The position numbers and the translations under genes are program-made. Below, piece after piece: positions 11,838-21,605 of a DNA stretch of 64,000 nt (position 1 is its first letter; each line of letters opens with the position of its first letter). Under the pieces are notes generated by a model that had not been told where the DNA came from, did not search any database, and saw only the letters and a program-made list of their open reading frames with translations. This stretch comes from Rhynchopus sp. YZ270_cl-10 (taxonomy: Eukaryota): NCBI GenBank assembly GCA_964035575.1, contig OZ037835.1, forward strand, positions 1,674,001 through 1,738,000. Direction: 5' to 3'.

Positions 11838-12420
11838 ATGGAAGTAGTTATCAAGGACTGTGCAGACAACTCGTACGTGATCGAGGTGGGTGTGGATGAC
11901 ACAACGGAGACGATGCGGCAGAAGGTGGCGTCTGCAGTGGGGTTGGCTGAGGACAGCTTCCACATGGGATTCGGAGGGAAGGAGGAAGGAGACGACATCA
12001 CGCAGCTGAGTGCTGGAGACACAATGATCCTGACGAAAACTAAGAAGGTCGAGGCCAGAGCAGCACTTCATGCGTTGGGTGAGAGGGACATCACTGCAGA
12101 GAGGCTGGTGACTGTGGAGGATCCTGAGGTTGCGTGTTTGCTTCTGCAGGCGGAGGTTGCGACTGTCATTCCGAATAGGTTCTTGGCACACACATCGTTA
12201 ACAGCGCTTGATCAGCAGAGTTACGCACTTTGGTGAGCTTCCTGCTATGAACTGCACTTCGTTGAGGAGCATCCACCTTGGCGGCTGCAGCAGTGCTGTG
12301 TCCAGTCGAGTACGTGAAGGCGAGCTGAAGAAGTATGTGGTTGACGCACCTCCACCTCCACCTCCGACACGTGGCAGAGGCAAGACGAAATCCACCTTGC
12401 ATTGCTGCAGTGTTTCGTAA
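11838..12420 (+). pseudogene. UBL-LRR paralogue with the whole LRR array deleted and frameshifted (copy 2)
   Basis: Junction cttgaTCagcagagttacg at 12212-12213 fuses the first and last LRR via a TC microhomology (~611 bp missing versus copy 1). Premature TGA at 12234-12236. The original CCSVS end lies out of frame at 12420. Confidence 0.85.
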
Positions 12421-13434
12421 AGAGCGACAGGAGAAGCTAGGCAAGGAACGTAGAGCAGCTCCGCTGTGACAGCTGCTTGTCCCATTCTGCGACGTCGGTG
12501 TGAGTCTGAGAAGACAGTGTTTGAATGAGAGTCAGTGAGGCACTCAGAAAACACAGTTGCTTTGTCGTCGTGTAACTGTGCCATGCCAGCGAACCAAACC
12601 CCCACCACGGCACCTGGCACCCCTACACCCTGCACGCGTCGACCCTCCCCGACAAACACGCCTGGGTACAAGCCCTCCGTACCGCCATCCGCACCACCAA
12701 AGAGAAACAGAGCTGCAAGGATGCGACCTTTGCCCTCCCTGCTGACACCTTTCTCGTCCGTCAGCGTCTCGGGTGTTGCCACGGATGCCATAGAGAACTT
12801 GAACCTAGCAGGTCTTTACACAAAAGGACGTTACCATTAAGGACGCAGAGGATGTGTTCTCAAAGGGTTGGTGGAGGCGGGGAGGAAAAAAGCACAGTTA
12901 TTTATTTGACCGTTGTGAGAGTGGTAGATAGGGGTGCGGTGGGTGGGGTGGGGTGGCAAAAGGTTAGTTTTGTTTCATAAAAAGCGCAAAAGTACCGGGA
13001 CGTGTCCAGAGACACCCCCAAAACGATTTTCTGGGGGTTTTGCGGGTGAAAAGGGTCAGCACACAGGTGGTTCCGTGTTGTTTTTTCCACAGAACCGTCA
13101 CATGGGGCGTTTCTCCCAAACATCAACAAAGCAAATGAATAAAAAATGTTGGAATCGAAAAGGAAGAACAAAACAATGTTGTTTCCAACAGGGATATGCT
13201 CTGAGTAACTTTCCATCAAAAGGCCCCCCTACCTCCACCTGTTTTCACACCCCTATCACCCTTGTTCTCCTGGAACAGTATTCTGCCCAAGTCTGAGGGA
13301 AAGGCAATGCACCATTTTGCAAAGACTTCTTTCCCGGTTGGTGCATGGGGGTATCTGCAACGTGTCTTTGCTAATGTCTACAGCCCCAACTCCCAACCCC
13401 ACCACACAACAGAGCAACACAAAAGGAAGACAAA

Positions 13435-14544
13435 ATGGAAGTAGTTATCAAGGACTGTGCAGACAACTCGTACGTGATTGAGGTGGGTGTGGATGACACA
13501 ACGGAGACGATGCGGCAGAAGGTGGCGTCTGCAGTGGGGTTGGCTGAGGACAGCTTCCACATGGGCTTCGGAGGGAAGGAGGAAGGAGACGACATCACGC
13601 AGCTGAGTGCTGGAGACACAATCATCCTGACGGAAAGTAAGAAATTCGTGGCCAGAGCAGCACTTCATGCGTTGGGTGAGAGGGACATCACTGCAGAGAG
13701 GCTGGTGACTGTGGAGGATCCTGAGGTTGCGTGTTTGCTTCTGCAGGCAGAGGTTGCGACTGTCATTCCGAATCAGTTCTTGGCACAGACATCGTTAACA
13801 GCACTTGATCTGAGTGCTGTGTCGTGTGTGACGGAAATGGGTGACAAGTTTCTTCACCAGTGCACATCGTTGACAAGCATCGACCTGTCTGGGTTGACAC
13901 GTCTCACGCGGATTGGTACCCATTTTCTTGCCAACTGCAGCAGCCTCACAGCAGTCGACTTGGCACTCAGCAATGTTACTCACATTCATTCAAACTTTCT
14001 TTTCAACTGCAGCAGCCTCACAGCAGTGGATTTATCACCACTTCGCAATGTTACACAACTTGGCCACCACTTTCTTGCCTACTGCAGCAGCCTCACAGCA
14101 GTGGACTTATCCCCACTCAGCAATGTTACTCACATTGGTACAAGCTTTCTCTACAGCTGCACCAGCCTCACAGCAGTCGACTTATCACCACTTCGCAATG
14201 TGGCACAAATTGATGACTGGTTTCTTATCCACTGCAAGAGCATCAAAGTAGTAGACTTATCATCACTCAGCAATGTTACTCAAATTGGCAGAGGCTTTCT
14301 TTACAACTGCATCAGGCTCACAGAACTAGACCTGTCATCACTCAGCAGAGTTACGCACTTTGGTGACCTTCCTGCTGACGGCTACACTTCGTTGAGGAGC
14401 ATCCACCTTGGCGGCTGCAGCAGTGCTGTGTCCAGTCGAGTGCGTGTGGGCGAGCTGAAGAAGTATGTGGTTGACGCACCTCCACCTCCGACACGTGGCA
14501 GAGACGAGAAGAAGGCAGAGTTGCCTCGCTGCAGTGTTTCGTAA
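13435..14544 (+). CDS. UBL-LRR protein with CaaX (copy 3, 7 internal LRR modules)
   Basis: Intact 369-aa ORF paralogous to 9144. Ends LPRCSVS. Confidence 0.85.
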   Translation: MEVVIKDCADNSYVIEVGVDDTTETMRQKVASAVGLAEDSFHMGFGGKEEGDDITQLSAGDTIILTESKKFVARAALHALGERDITAERLVTVEDPEVACLLLQAEVATVIPNQFLAQTSLTALDLSAVSCVTEMGDKFLHQCTSLTSIDLSGLTRLTRIGTHFLANCSSLTAVDLALSNVTHIHSNFLFNCSSLTAVDLSPLRNVTQLGHHFLAYCSSLTAVDLSPLSNVTHIGTSFLYSCTSLTAVDLSPLRNVAQIDDWFLIHCKSIKVVDLSSLSNVTQIGRGFLYNCIRLTELDLSSLSRVTHFGDLPADGYTSLRSIHLGGCSSAVSSRVRVGELKKYVVDAPPPPTRGRDEKKAELPRCSVS

Positions 14545-15499
14545 AGAGCGACAGGAGAAGCTAGGCAAGGAACGTAGAGCAGCTCCACTGTGACAGCTGC
14601 TTGTCCCATTCTGCGACGTCGGTGTGAGTCTTAGAAGACAGTGTTTGAATGAGAGTCAGTGAGGCACTCAGAAAACACAGTTGCTTTCTCGTTGTGTAAC
14701 TGTGCCATGCCAGCGAACCAAACCCCCACCACGGCACCTCGCACCCCTACACCCTGCACGCGTCGACCCTCCCCGACAAACGCGCCTGGGTACAAGCCCT
14801 CCGTACCGCCATCCGCACCACCAAAGAGAAACAGAGCTGCAAGGATGCGACCTTTGCCCTCCCTGCTGACACCTTTCTCGTCCGTCAGCGTCTCGGGTGT
14901 TGCCACGGATGCCATAGAGAACTTGAACCTAAAACGTGAGCGGGACAATGACAAGGCAGAGCAGTGGCGGGCTGCGTTTCTCTCTGCAGTCACACCCTTG
15001 GATATGTCAAAGAAGAAATGGAACCGGGGAAGAAAAAAGCACAGTTATTTATTTGACCGTTGTGGTAGAGGGGGGTGCGGTGGGTGGGGTGGGGGCAAAA
15101 GGCGGGTTTTTGTTTTTATAAGACATGCGTGCATTTCTAGTGAAATTTTTCAGTATCCACGAGTCGTTTTTTCCCTCCCGTGCTCCCCATCTCTCGCACA
15201 TACATTACATCTTCATCAGGAAAATTGTCAATTTTTCGTTCATTATTGTGAACAGCGTTTGGTGTTTTTCAAAAAAAGGTGTGACTGAGTGTGGGGATGC
15301 GTTCAAGAATTAAACTCTTCCCCCCAAACCAGTGTTCCTAATTTTGCGTTTAAAACGTTTTAAACTCGAATAAAAAACGGGTGGCAGTTCTGCACAAAAA
15401 AACGTAAAAAAAGTGGGGGGAATTTTTCGAATTTTTTTTTTCTGTATCAAAAATCATAGTTTTGGTGCATCTGGGGTCAATTTAGCCTGGTTTTTCTTG

Positions 15500-15880
15500 G
15501 TTTCTCCTGCTAACTTGTTTCCTGTACGGTACCCTAATGAGTGCGCTAAAACCTGGCTGATCAAGCGCTGGGTGCCAGCATTTGATGTGTCAAAAATTCC
15601 CAGCGGGTTCCAGATGGGTAACAGGGTACTTAAGGCTGAGTATGACAGGGTCATGGTTCCTGTGAGAGCAGCCCTAGCAAAGAGCCTGCACATCTCGGTA
15701 TACGTTGATGGCTGGAAGGCGCACAACGACGAGAAGGTGTTCACCCTTGTCGCGAGGGTGCGGATGCCCGCCCTGTAAGCACAAAAGTTTTGGAGGAGGA
15801 CTTGCACAATGCGGAGGAGATCTGCACGCACCTGCATGAGAAAAAGATAAGTTGAGTGGGCTAGTGTGTGATGGGGACAC
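15500..15880 (+). pseudogene. hAT transposase fragment
   Basis: IPSGFQMGNRVLKAEYDRV..HISVYVDGWKAH resembles the hAT segment carrying the first catalytic Asp (xxxxDGW). Stops and frameshifts follow. Confidence 0.65.
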
Positions 15881-15899
15881 CATGGGACACCACTGTGTC

Positions 15900-16440
15900 T
15901 TCTCTGTTCACAACAGCAGCGGCGGACGACCTGGAGAAGTTCATGCGGGTGGAGGACTCCCCTGGTAGAGCTGCTGCGATATCGACCAAGCTACCTGCAG
16001 GCGACAGCTGGCTTGCCAAAGCGATAGAGACTGTGGAGGAGACGGGAGCCTATCGCCACAGCGTACGCGCACCCTTACTGGACCACGACCCCGTGTCACC
16101 GTGGGAGTGGGATCGTACGCTGAATGACGTGCTGATCACCAGAAATACCGGGTGTCAGCAAGAGTGACTCTGCAAGCAGCGAAGAGAACCGGCAAAGGAC
16201 GGAACTGGCTCTTGCGGCTCTGCCACCCCACACGGTACGCGTCTACACAGACAGATCCTTGCACACGGTAAACAGAACACCACGCGCTTCACTGACCACC
16301 AGACCAGCGCACCCCCAAGGAGGAGTGGGGGCCATCTTCTACCACAACGACGGCTCCACTACACCAAAGGGGGCACACCAAGCATCCAGTGGCGCAGGCA
16401 CACTCTGCTCGGCCTATCAGGCAGAGCTGGTGGCACCTTG
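15900..16440 (+). pseudogene. Relic of an ingi/L1Tc-type non-LTR retrotransposon RNase H region
   Basis: VYTDRS..GGVGAIF..SGAGTLCSAYQAELVA matches the YTDGS..GAG..CSSYxAELxA RNase H pattern. Interrupted reading frame. Confidence 0.6.
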
Positions 16441-16746
16441 TAATTAGACACCATGCGGTGTCTAATTACACCGTGCCTGCTGCCACTGAAAAGTTCAGCA
16501 AAGAGGAAAATACCACATTTTTTCGCAAAGACATTTTTTTTTGCCAGTAAAAAAAAAAAAATTTTTTTTTTTTTTGTACGAGTATGCAATACGTCTGGAA
16601 ATGAAAGACGCGCTCGTCGGTGGTCATGAGTTTTACCGTTTTCCCCTTCCCCCCTTGTGCTCCACCTCTCCACCGTACTTCAGGACGCGGGTTTTTCGGG
16701 GTTTTCGGGACTTTTGGGGTTTGAAAAAAAAAAAAAAAAAAAAACT

Positions 16747-17814
16747 ATGTCATCTGTGGCTGTTCCCTGGGATAGCTGGCCGGGTGGGGATAAGGTCATT
16801 TGGGATCAGATCAAACCCCCAGTACCCAAAGCAAATGCAATGGAACCGGACACCGAAGATGAGTGCATTTTTCCTTCGTGCGGTGTCATGCACAAAAAGG
16901 GTGTCCTTGGCTGCATGGGCTGCGGCAGACAGTGCACGAAGACGTGCATGCGGAACACGGGGCTAATCCCTGAAGGGGTGATCACAGACTTCCTCAAGAA
17001 GACAGAGAGATGGGTGTGTCCGGTGTGCGCGTGGAGACGTGCGCCAAGAACGAAGGTGAAAAAGGAAAAGCCGATCGAGCAGCAGCAGCAGGACGAGGAG
17101 GACGACGACGCAGAGGACACGGTGGAAGGGCTCCTCGCAGTGATTCCGGAAACCGCTAAGAAGCTTTTCATGCACACTTTTGCACGTTTGGATTTTCTGC
17201 AGCAGGAGAACGAGAGTCTCAAGAAAACTATAGAGTTTATCAAGAAGTCCCAGCAAACGGCACTCGACGCTGATTTCTCGCCGTATGTTGTTGCAACCTG
17301 GAAAAACATCCAAAACAGCCGCATCAGAAAGGAGATCAGGGAAAAGGTAGGAAAGGCATTCAGGGAGTCGACCCTACCCACTTTTGACAATGCACTCGAG
17401 TATCAAAAGGGCGTCCTAAGATGCTTCGAGGCGCTGGACAACTCCCTGGCGCTGATCGAGGACTCAGAGGACCCACCCGCAACCAAGTTCCTGACGCCCA
17501 TACACAACACCATAGTAGAACTCACCTCGACCACAATTATTGGGGCTAATGCTGCCGGAAGGATGATGTACGAGTCTAAAGCAAAGGGATACGCGGTGGA
17601 TGACTTCTCAAAAGTCATCCAAGCTCGCATTATGGACACGGCCAAGAAGCAGCCGCACGCAGAGGTACCGTCGAAGACGCGGGATTCAGGGAGGGACGCC
17701 AAGGAGAAGAGAGACGACAGGGACAGGGGAGGAGACGATACGAGGGGGCGCGACCGAGACTACTGGGGCAACACGGGAAAGGAGTTAAGAAGGTACGCAG
17801 GGCCCAGACGTTGA
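16747..17814 (+). CDS. Gag-like ORF1 with PHD-like Cys cluster and coiled coil
   Basis: ATG directly after the A1 poly(A). CIFPSC..CMGC..CTKTC..WVCPVC. Heptad segment LQQENESLKKTIE. Arg/Asp-rich C-terminus. Confidence 0.75.
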   Translation: MSSVAVPWDSWPGGDKVIWDQIKPPVPKANAMEPDTEDECIFPSCGVMHKKGVLGCMGCGRQCTKTCMRNTGLIPEGVITDFLKKTERWVCPVCAWRRAPRTKVKKEKPIEQQQQDEEDDDAEDTVEGLLAVIPETAKKLFMHTFARLDFLQQENESLKKTIEFIKKSQQTALDADFSPYVVATWKNIQNSRIRKEIREKVGKAFRESTLPTFDNALEYQKGVLRCFEALDNSLALIEDSEDPPATKFLTPIHNTIVELTSTTIIGANAAGRMMYESKAKGYAVDDFSKVIQARIMDTAKKQPHAEVPSKTRDSGRDAKEKRDDRDRGGDDTRGRDRDYWGNTGKELRRYAGPRR

Positions 17815-20800
17815 CTGACAGGGGAAGAAATACAAGAAAACAGGAGTACTATCGGGAGGACATCAGGGAAGACAATGCAGGACGCTACAAAAAGGAAGAT
17901 ACGGGGACAATACCAAGCAAAAGACGACAATTTAATGGCGACAATAGGGAAGAAAATTCAAAACACGACACAAAGCACGATACGGGGACAATACCAAACA
18001 AAAGACGACAATTTAATGGCGACAATAGGGAAGAAAATTCAAAACACGACACAAAGCACGATACGGGGACAATACCAAACAAAAGACGACAATTTAATGG
18101 CGACAATAGGGAAGAAAATTCAAAACACGACACAAAGCACGATACGGGGACAATACCAAACAAAAGACGACAATTTAATGGCGACAATAGGGAAGAAAAT
18201 TCAAAACACTACACCGAGCACGATACGGGGACAATACCAAACAAAAGACGACAACTTAATGACTACAATAGGGAAGAAAATTCAAAACACTACACCAAGC
18301 AAGACAACACCGGCAACAATGGGGTCATTGGGGATCAGAGGCAGAATATTGGCGACGAAGAAGAAGATAAAAGAGAAGACAACCCTAGAACCCGACAACA
18401 GGGAAGAAAATTCACGGGGGGCGGCGCCCCCGAGGAACCTCAGCCTGAGCGCTTTGCTGGAAGAAAGACCTCCTTCGCATCTCGGACGTCCACGACAGAA
18501 GGAAATGCCACTCACCACAGAACAAGCTCGGCTGGTCATGGAGAAGGCGCAACACACTCTGTCACAGGCGTTATCGGGGTCGTACATGGGGGAGCTGCGA
18601 AGCGTGTGGCGCCGTCTGAACGAGTTCAAAACAAATTGGGAGCAACACATGAAGACAGAGCTAGGGTACGACGAGGCGATCATTCTGTGGTTAGAGAAGA
18701 AGCGAACAATGGAAAACATGCTCCCATCAGCAGCATTACAAACCTCAATCGTAGCGTCGGCAGCGCTGAAACGAATGGCGAATACGAGAACCGAAGGTTC
18801 GCAACTGTTGGCCGACTACCAACGGGCACTGAGGAGATTGGGAGCGCTGAAGCCGACGACCCAAGCACCTCCGGCGACAACAGAGGAGATACGCAAGGCT
18901 ATATCTTTAGCCAAAAACCCATCGCTGAAGCTGGCGTTGACGATGATGTGGCAAGGGGCAGCACGATGCTCAGACGTGTTGGGACTCAAAGCAGAAGAAA
19001 TTTCGATGAACGACCATACTGCACAGATTGGGGTCCACTGGGTCGACACGAAGTCAGACCCTTTCCGCCTCGGGAAACACACAGGAATGGATATGGCTCC
19101 GTCGATGTTGAAAGCTTTAAAGGGTCAGATGAAGAAATCGAAGGGCTCCGACCGACTATTCAAAGACCTCTCTTACAGGACAATAGGCAAATCGTTGAAA
19201 AGAGTAAATCAGAACCTCACTCCTCACTCCCTAAGGCGAGGAGCGGCGCACCACCTCAACAACAAGAGAGTACCGTTGGAACAGATCCAGATGATCACGC
19301 GACACGACACGGTGGAGGGTCTCATCCGCTACTTGCCGAAAGGAGGTCTGCAACGGGTCGAACAGACGACTTTGCTGTCGAAGCCCCTGCACCTAGAAGA
19401 CTGAAGTTCGTGCATGAAGCACCCATCCCGCAGGCTTTTAAAATACCATACCCAAGATATTACAACCACGACCTTAGCCCCGTCCACAACAAAGAAGGAA
19501 CATGCGACGATTTACCCGCAGATTCAGAACAAACTTTCATACAAACCATATTGGAGGACTCACAATCACCGTCTGAGGATGCGGGGCTTCTGAGCCTGTA
19601 CGACAACTCGCTATGCGTACGAAGCAGCGCCACGAACATTCGTCCTCCCGCCGAGGCGCGTGCAGGAGGAACAGACCAGGACTACATTGCTGCGATATCG
19701 AGAGGACGCATCTGCTTAGACACATTGGAGAGCCTCGACAAGGAGAACGAGCTGGAAGACATTCTGCAGATCATCCGTAAGAGAGAAACATTCGTATCAC
19801 ACCTGAAGGAGGGTTGGGACAAGCAAGCTGGGATAAGGAGAGGTACCTCGCGTCACATGGCTCAACATCTGGATACCCTCATCGACTTCGGCGTCCTGTC
19901 GCGAACTTCTGCACCCCAAGAAGTGATTCTGCATGCCTTCACTGTGGAGAAAAAGTCGGGGGGTTTGCGATTCGTGGTGGATGGCAGAAAGCTGAACAGG
20001 TCGATGGGTCCGCCACCGCAGATGAGACTGCCGCACATCACGGCTGTTATCCACAGAATAGTGAACAGCAATTGGGTCGTTCTGTCCGACGCTAGAAGTT
20101 GGTTCTACCAAATCGAAGTAGACGCAAGCATCCGACCGTTTTTTGGTGTCAACACCGCAGGAGAACGGGGACAATTCACTAGGACAGTGTTAAATTGCTT
20201 GGCGATGGGTTGGTCGTTCGCTCCAGCGATTGCACAACGCTGCTCGCGTGTACTATTGCCCGAAGAGTTTGGTATCTGCTGGATAGACAACTTCATCGTC
20301 ATACAACAATCCCGAGAGGAAGCGGTGGCACAATTTTCGTCATTCTGCGAACGATGCGACAAAGCAAACGTCGAACTCAACATGGACGATCCGACGTACG
20401 GTACCCCTACACAACAGTTCTGCGTATTCGGAGTGGAATTTAACTTGGAGAAACACACATTCCGATCTGAACCGGCATGGCTCGAAAAGTTTGTGCAGAA
20501 GGATGAACTGGCCGCGCTGCGCACGGGGAAGCTGACGCCACGCCAGTTCTACGTAGTTTTTGGATGCATAGTGTGGCATTCGTACACAACACACACACCA
20601 CTGTGCACATTACCAGCAGCCATCACCTTCGTGCAAAACCTGGCTTCGAAGACACTTCAGAACGTTCTTTTGTGGGACATACATGTCGAAGTACCTCCCA
20701 GTGTGATTTTTGAAGTGCGAAAGCGGATATCATTGATGACGACAAACAGCTGGATCCTACAACCCCCCACTAAGACAATCACAGTGTGGTCAGACGCCTC

Positions 20801-21212
20801 AAAAGCAGAGTGGGCAGCAATCCTGGAAGACGACGAAGACGAGAAGGTTGCGCAGGGAACGTTCGGCGCAGGCCACGAGGACACCTCAATCTTCCTGAAG
20901 GAGCTGTATGCGGCAGCTAAGTCTGTGCTATTGGCGGCAAAATACACCAGCGCGTGCACTGTACACATGAAGGTCGACAACTTGTCTGCCGTTTTCTGCA
21001 TTGAGCGGGGACACAGCAGCAACTTTGCGGCGAACGCCATTCTGTCGGAGATGTTTGCGGCGGCAAAGCAGAACGGAATGACCCTGAGGTGCGCTCACGT
21101 GGGGACAAAACAGCAGAGAGCGGACCGATTCACCAGAGGAGACAAAGCGAAGACAAACGAGCAGCTACAGGCGATCACTTCTCTCTTCGAGAGCGCTGCG
21201 CGTCCCTATTAA
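17811..21212 (+). CDS. Reverse transcriptase / RNase H (ORF3), overlapping ORF2
   Basis: FTVEKKSGGLRFVVDGRKLN, SDARSWFYQ, LAMGWSFAP, WIDN (YxDD-equivalent). RNase H motifs WSDAS..KELYA..VDN..ADRFTR. This frame is stop-free from 17604; the start is uncertain. Confidence 0.9.
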   Translation: MTDRGRNTRKQEYYREDIREDNAGRYKKEDTGTIPSKRRQFNGDNREENSKHDTKHDTGTIPNKRRQFNGDNREENSKHDTKHDTGTIPNKRRQFNGDNREENSKHDTKHDTGTIPNKRRQFNGDNREENSKHYTEHDTGTIPNKRRQLNDYNREENSKHYTKQDNTGNNGVIGDQRQNIGDEEEDKREDNPRTRQQGRKFTGGGAPEEPQPERFAGRKTSFASRTSTTEGNATHHRTSSAGHGEGATHSVTGVIGVVHGGAAKRVAPSERVQNKLGATHEDRARVRRGDHSVVREEANNGKHAPISSITNLNRSVGSAETNGEYENRRFATVGRLPTGTEEIGSAEADDPSTSGDNRGDTQGYIFSQKPIAEAGVDDDVARGSTMLRRVGTQSRRNFDERPYCTDWGPLGRHEVRPFPPRETHRNGYGSVDVESFKGSDEEIEGLRPTIQRPLLQDNRQIVEKSKSEPHSSLPKARSGAPPQQQESTVGTDPDDHATRHGGGSHPLLAERRSATGRTDDFAVEAPAPRRLKFVHEAPIPQAFKIPYPRYYNHDLSPVHNKEGTCDDLPADSEQTFIQTILEDSQSPSEDAGLLSLYDNSLCVRSSATNIRPPAEARAGGTDQDYIAAISRGRICLDTLESLDKENELEDILQIIRKRETFVSHLKEGWDKQAGIRRGTSRHMAQHLDTLIDFGVLSRTSAPQEVILHAFTVEKKSGGLRFVVDGRKLNRSMGPPPQMRLPHITAVIHRIVNSNWVVLSDARSWFYQIEVDASIRPFFGVNTAGERGQFTRTVLNCLAMGWSFAPAIAQRCSRVLLPEEFGICWIDNFIVIQQSREEAVAQFSSFCERCDKANVELNMDDPTYGTPTQQFCVFGVEFNLEKHTFRSEPAWLEKFVQKDELAALRTGKLTPRQFYVVFGCIVWHSYTTHTPLCTLPAAITFVQNLASKTLQNVLLWDIHVEVPPSVIFEVRKRISLMTTNSWILQPPTKTITVWSDASKAEWAAILEDDEDEKVAQGTFGAGHEDTSIFLKELYAAAKSVLLAAKYTSACTVHMKVDNLSAVFCIERGHSSNFAANAILSEMFAAAKQNGMTLRCAHVGTKQQRADRFTRGDKAKTNEQLQAITSLFESAARPY
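17875..19404 (+). CDS. Tyrosine recombinase (ORF2)
   Basis: Complete catalytic set: R (AARCSD), K (DTKSD), HxxR (HSLRRG), H (TRH), Y (IRYL). The true start is uncertain. Confidence 0.9.
   Translation: MQDATKRKIRGQYQAKDDNLMATIGKKIQNTTQSTIRGQYQTKDDNLMATIGKKIQNTTQSTIRGQYQTKDDNLMATIGKKIQNTTQSTIRGQYQTKDDNLMATIGKKIQNTTPSTIRGQYQTKDDNLMTTIGKKIQNTTPSKTTPATMGSLGIRGRILATKKKIKEKTTLEPDNREENSRGAAPPRNLSLSALLEERPPSHLGRPRQKEMPLTTEQARLVMEKAQHTLSQALSGSYMGELRSVWRRLNEFKTNWEQHMKTELGYDEAIILWLEKKRTMENMLPSAALQTSIVASAALKRMANTRTEGSQLLADYQRALRRLGALKPTTQAPPATTEEIRKAISLAKNPSLKLALTMMWQGAARCSDVLGLKAEEISMNDHTAQIGVHWVDTKSDPFRLGKHTGMDMAPSMLKALKGQMKKSKGSDRLFKDLSYRTIGKSLKRVNQNLTPHSLRRGAAHHLNNKRVPLEQIQMITRHDTVEGLIRYLPKGGLQRVEQTTLLSKPLHLED
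17898..18302 (+). repeat. 5 x 81-nt tandem repeat inside the overlapping YR/RT ORFs
   Basis: gatacggggacaatacca... at 17898, 17979, 18060, 18141 and 18222. Confidence 0.95.
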
Positions 21213-21605
21213 GGGTCCTGATGGATGCGATCAACAAACAACAAACAACGAATAAACAAAGAAGGGGGGGGTATTTCATTTTGTACGAGTATGCAATACG
21301 TCTGGAAATGAAAGACGCGCTCGTCGGTGGTCATGAGTTTTACCGTTTTCCCCTTCCCCCCTTGTGCTCCACCTCTCCACCGTACTTCAGGACGCGGGTT
21401 TTTCGGGGTTTTCGGGACTTTTGGGGTTTGAAAAAAAAAAAAAAAAAAAAAAGTGTGCGGACGGATTTCACAAAGGGCATTTCAATACCACCAAAAGTGC
21501 TGTGTGCTTTTCCTGAAGTACGGACGAGGATGGATGCGATCAACAAACAACAAACAACGAATAAACAAAGAAGGGGGGGGTATTTCATTTTTGCCTGAAA
21601 AGTTT

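Larger units (their letters stand above)
7787..15122 (+). repeat. Tandem array of ~2-3 kb UBL-LRR gene units
   Basis: 7787-8357 matches 10745-11313. 8590-9140 resembles 11314-11835 and, more loosely, 12895-13432. 12421-12806 matches 14545-14930. Confidence 0.9.
16572..21592 (+). mobile_element. Apparently intact tyrosine-recombinase retrotransposon (DIRS order, VIPER/TATE-like gag-YR-RT/RH order) with split direct repeats A1..B1-A2-B2
   Basis: A1 16576-16744 matches A2 21283-21452. B1 21220-21282 matches B2 21529-21591. No TSD; both ends lie in T-runs. Three uninterrupted ORFs. Confidence 0.92.

Noticed and set aside
12535..15288. Pro-rich ORFs at 12535-12840 and 14659-15288
   Set aside because: They lie in duplicated intergenic DNA, the two copies end differently, and there is no recognisable domain.
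17898..18302. 81-nt repeat array as a CRISPR array
   Set aside because: Head-to-tail repeats with no unique spacers, inside coding frames, and no cas genes.
9144..21212. Diversity-generating retroelement linking an RT to the variable LRRs
   Set aside because: Both RTs are typical eukaryotic retrotransposon RTs, and no template/variable repeat pair with adenine-specific differences was seen.
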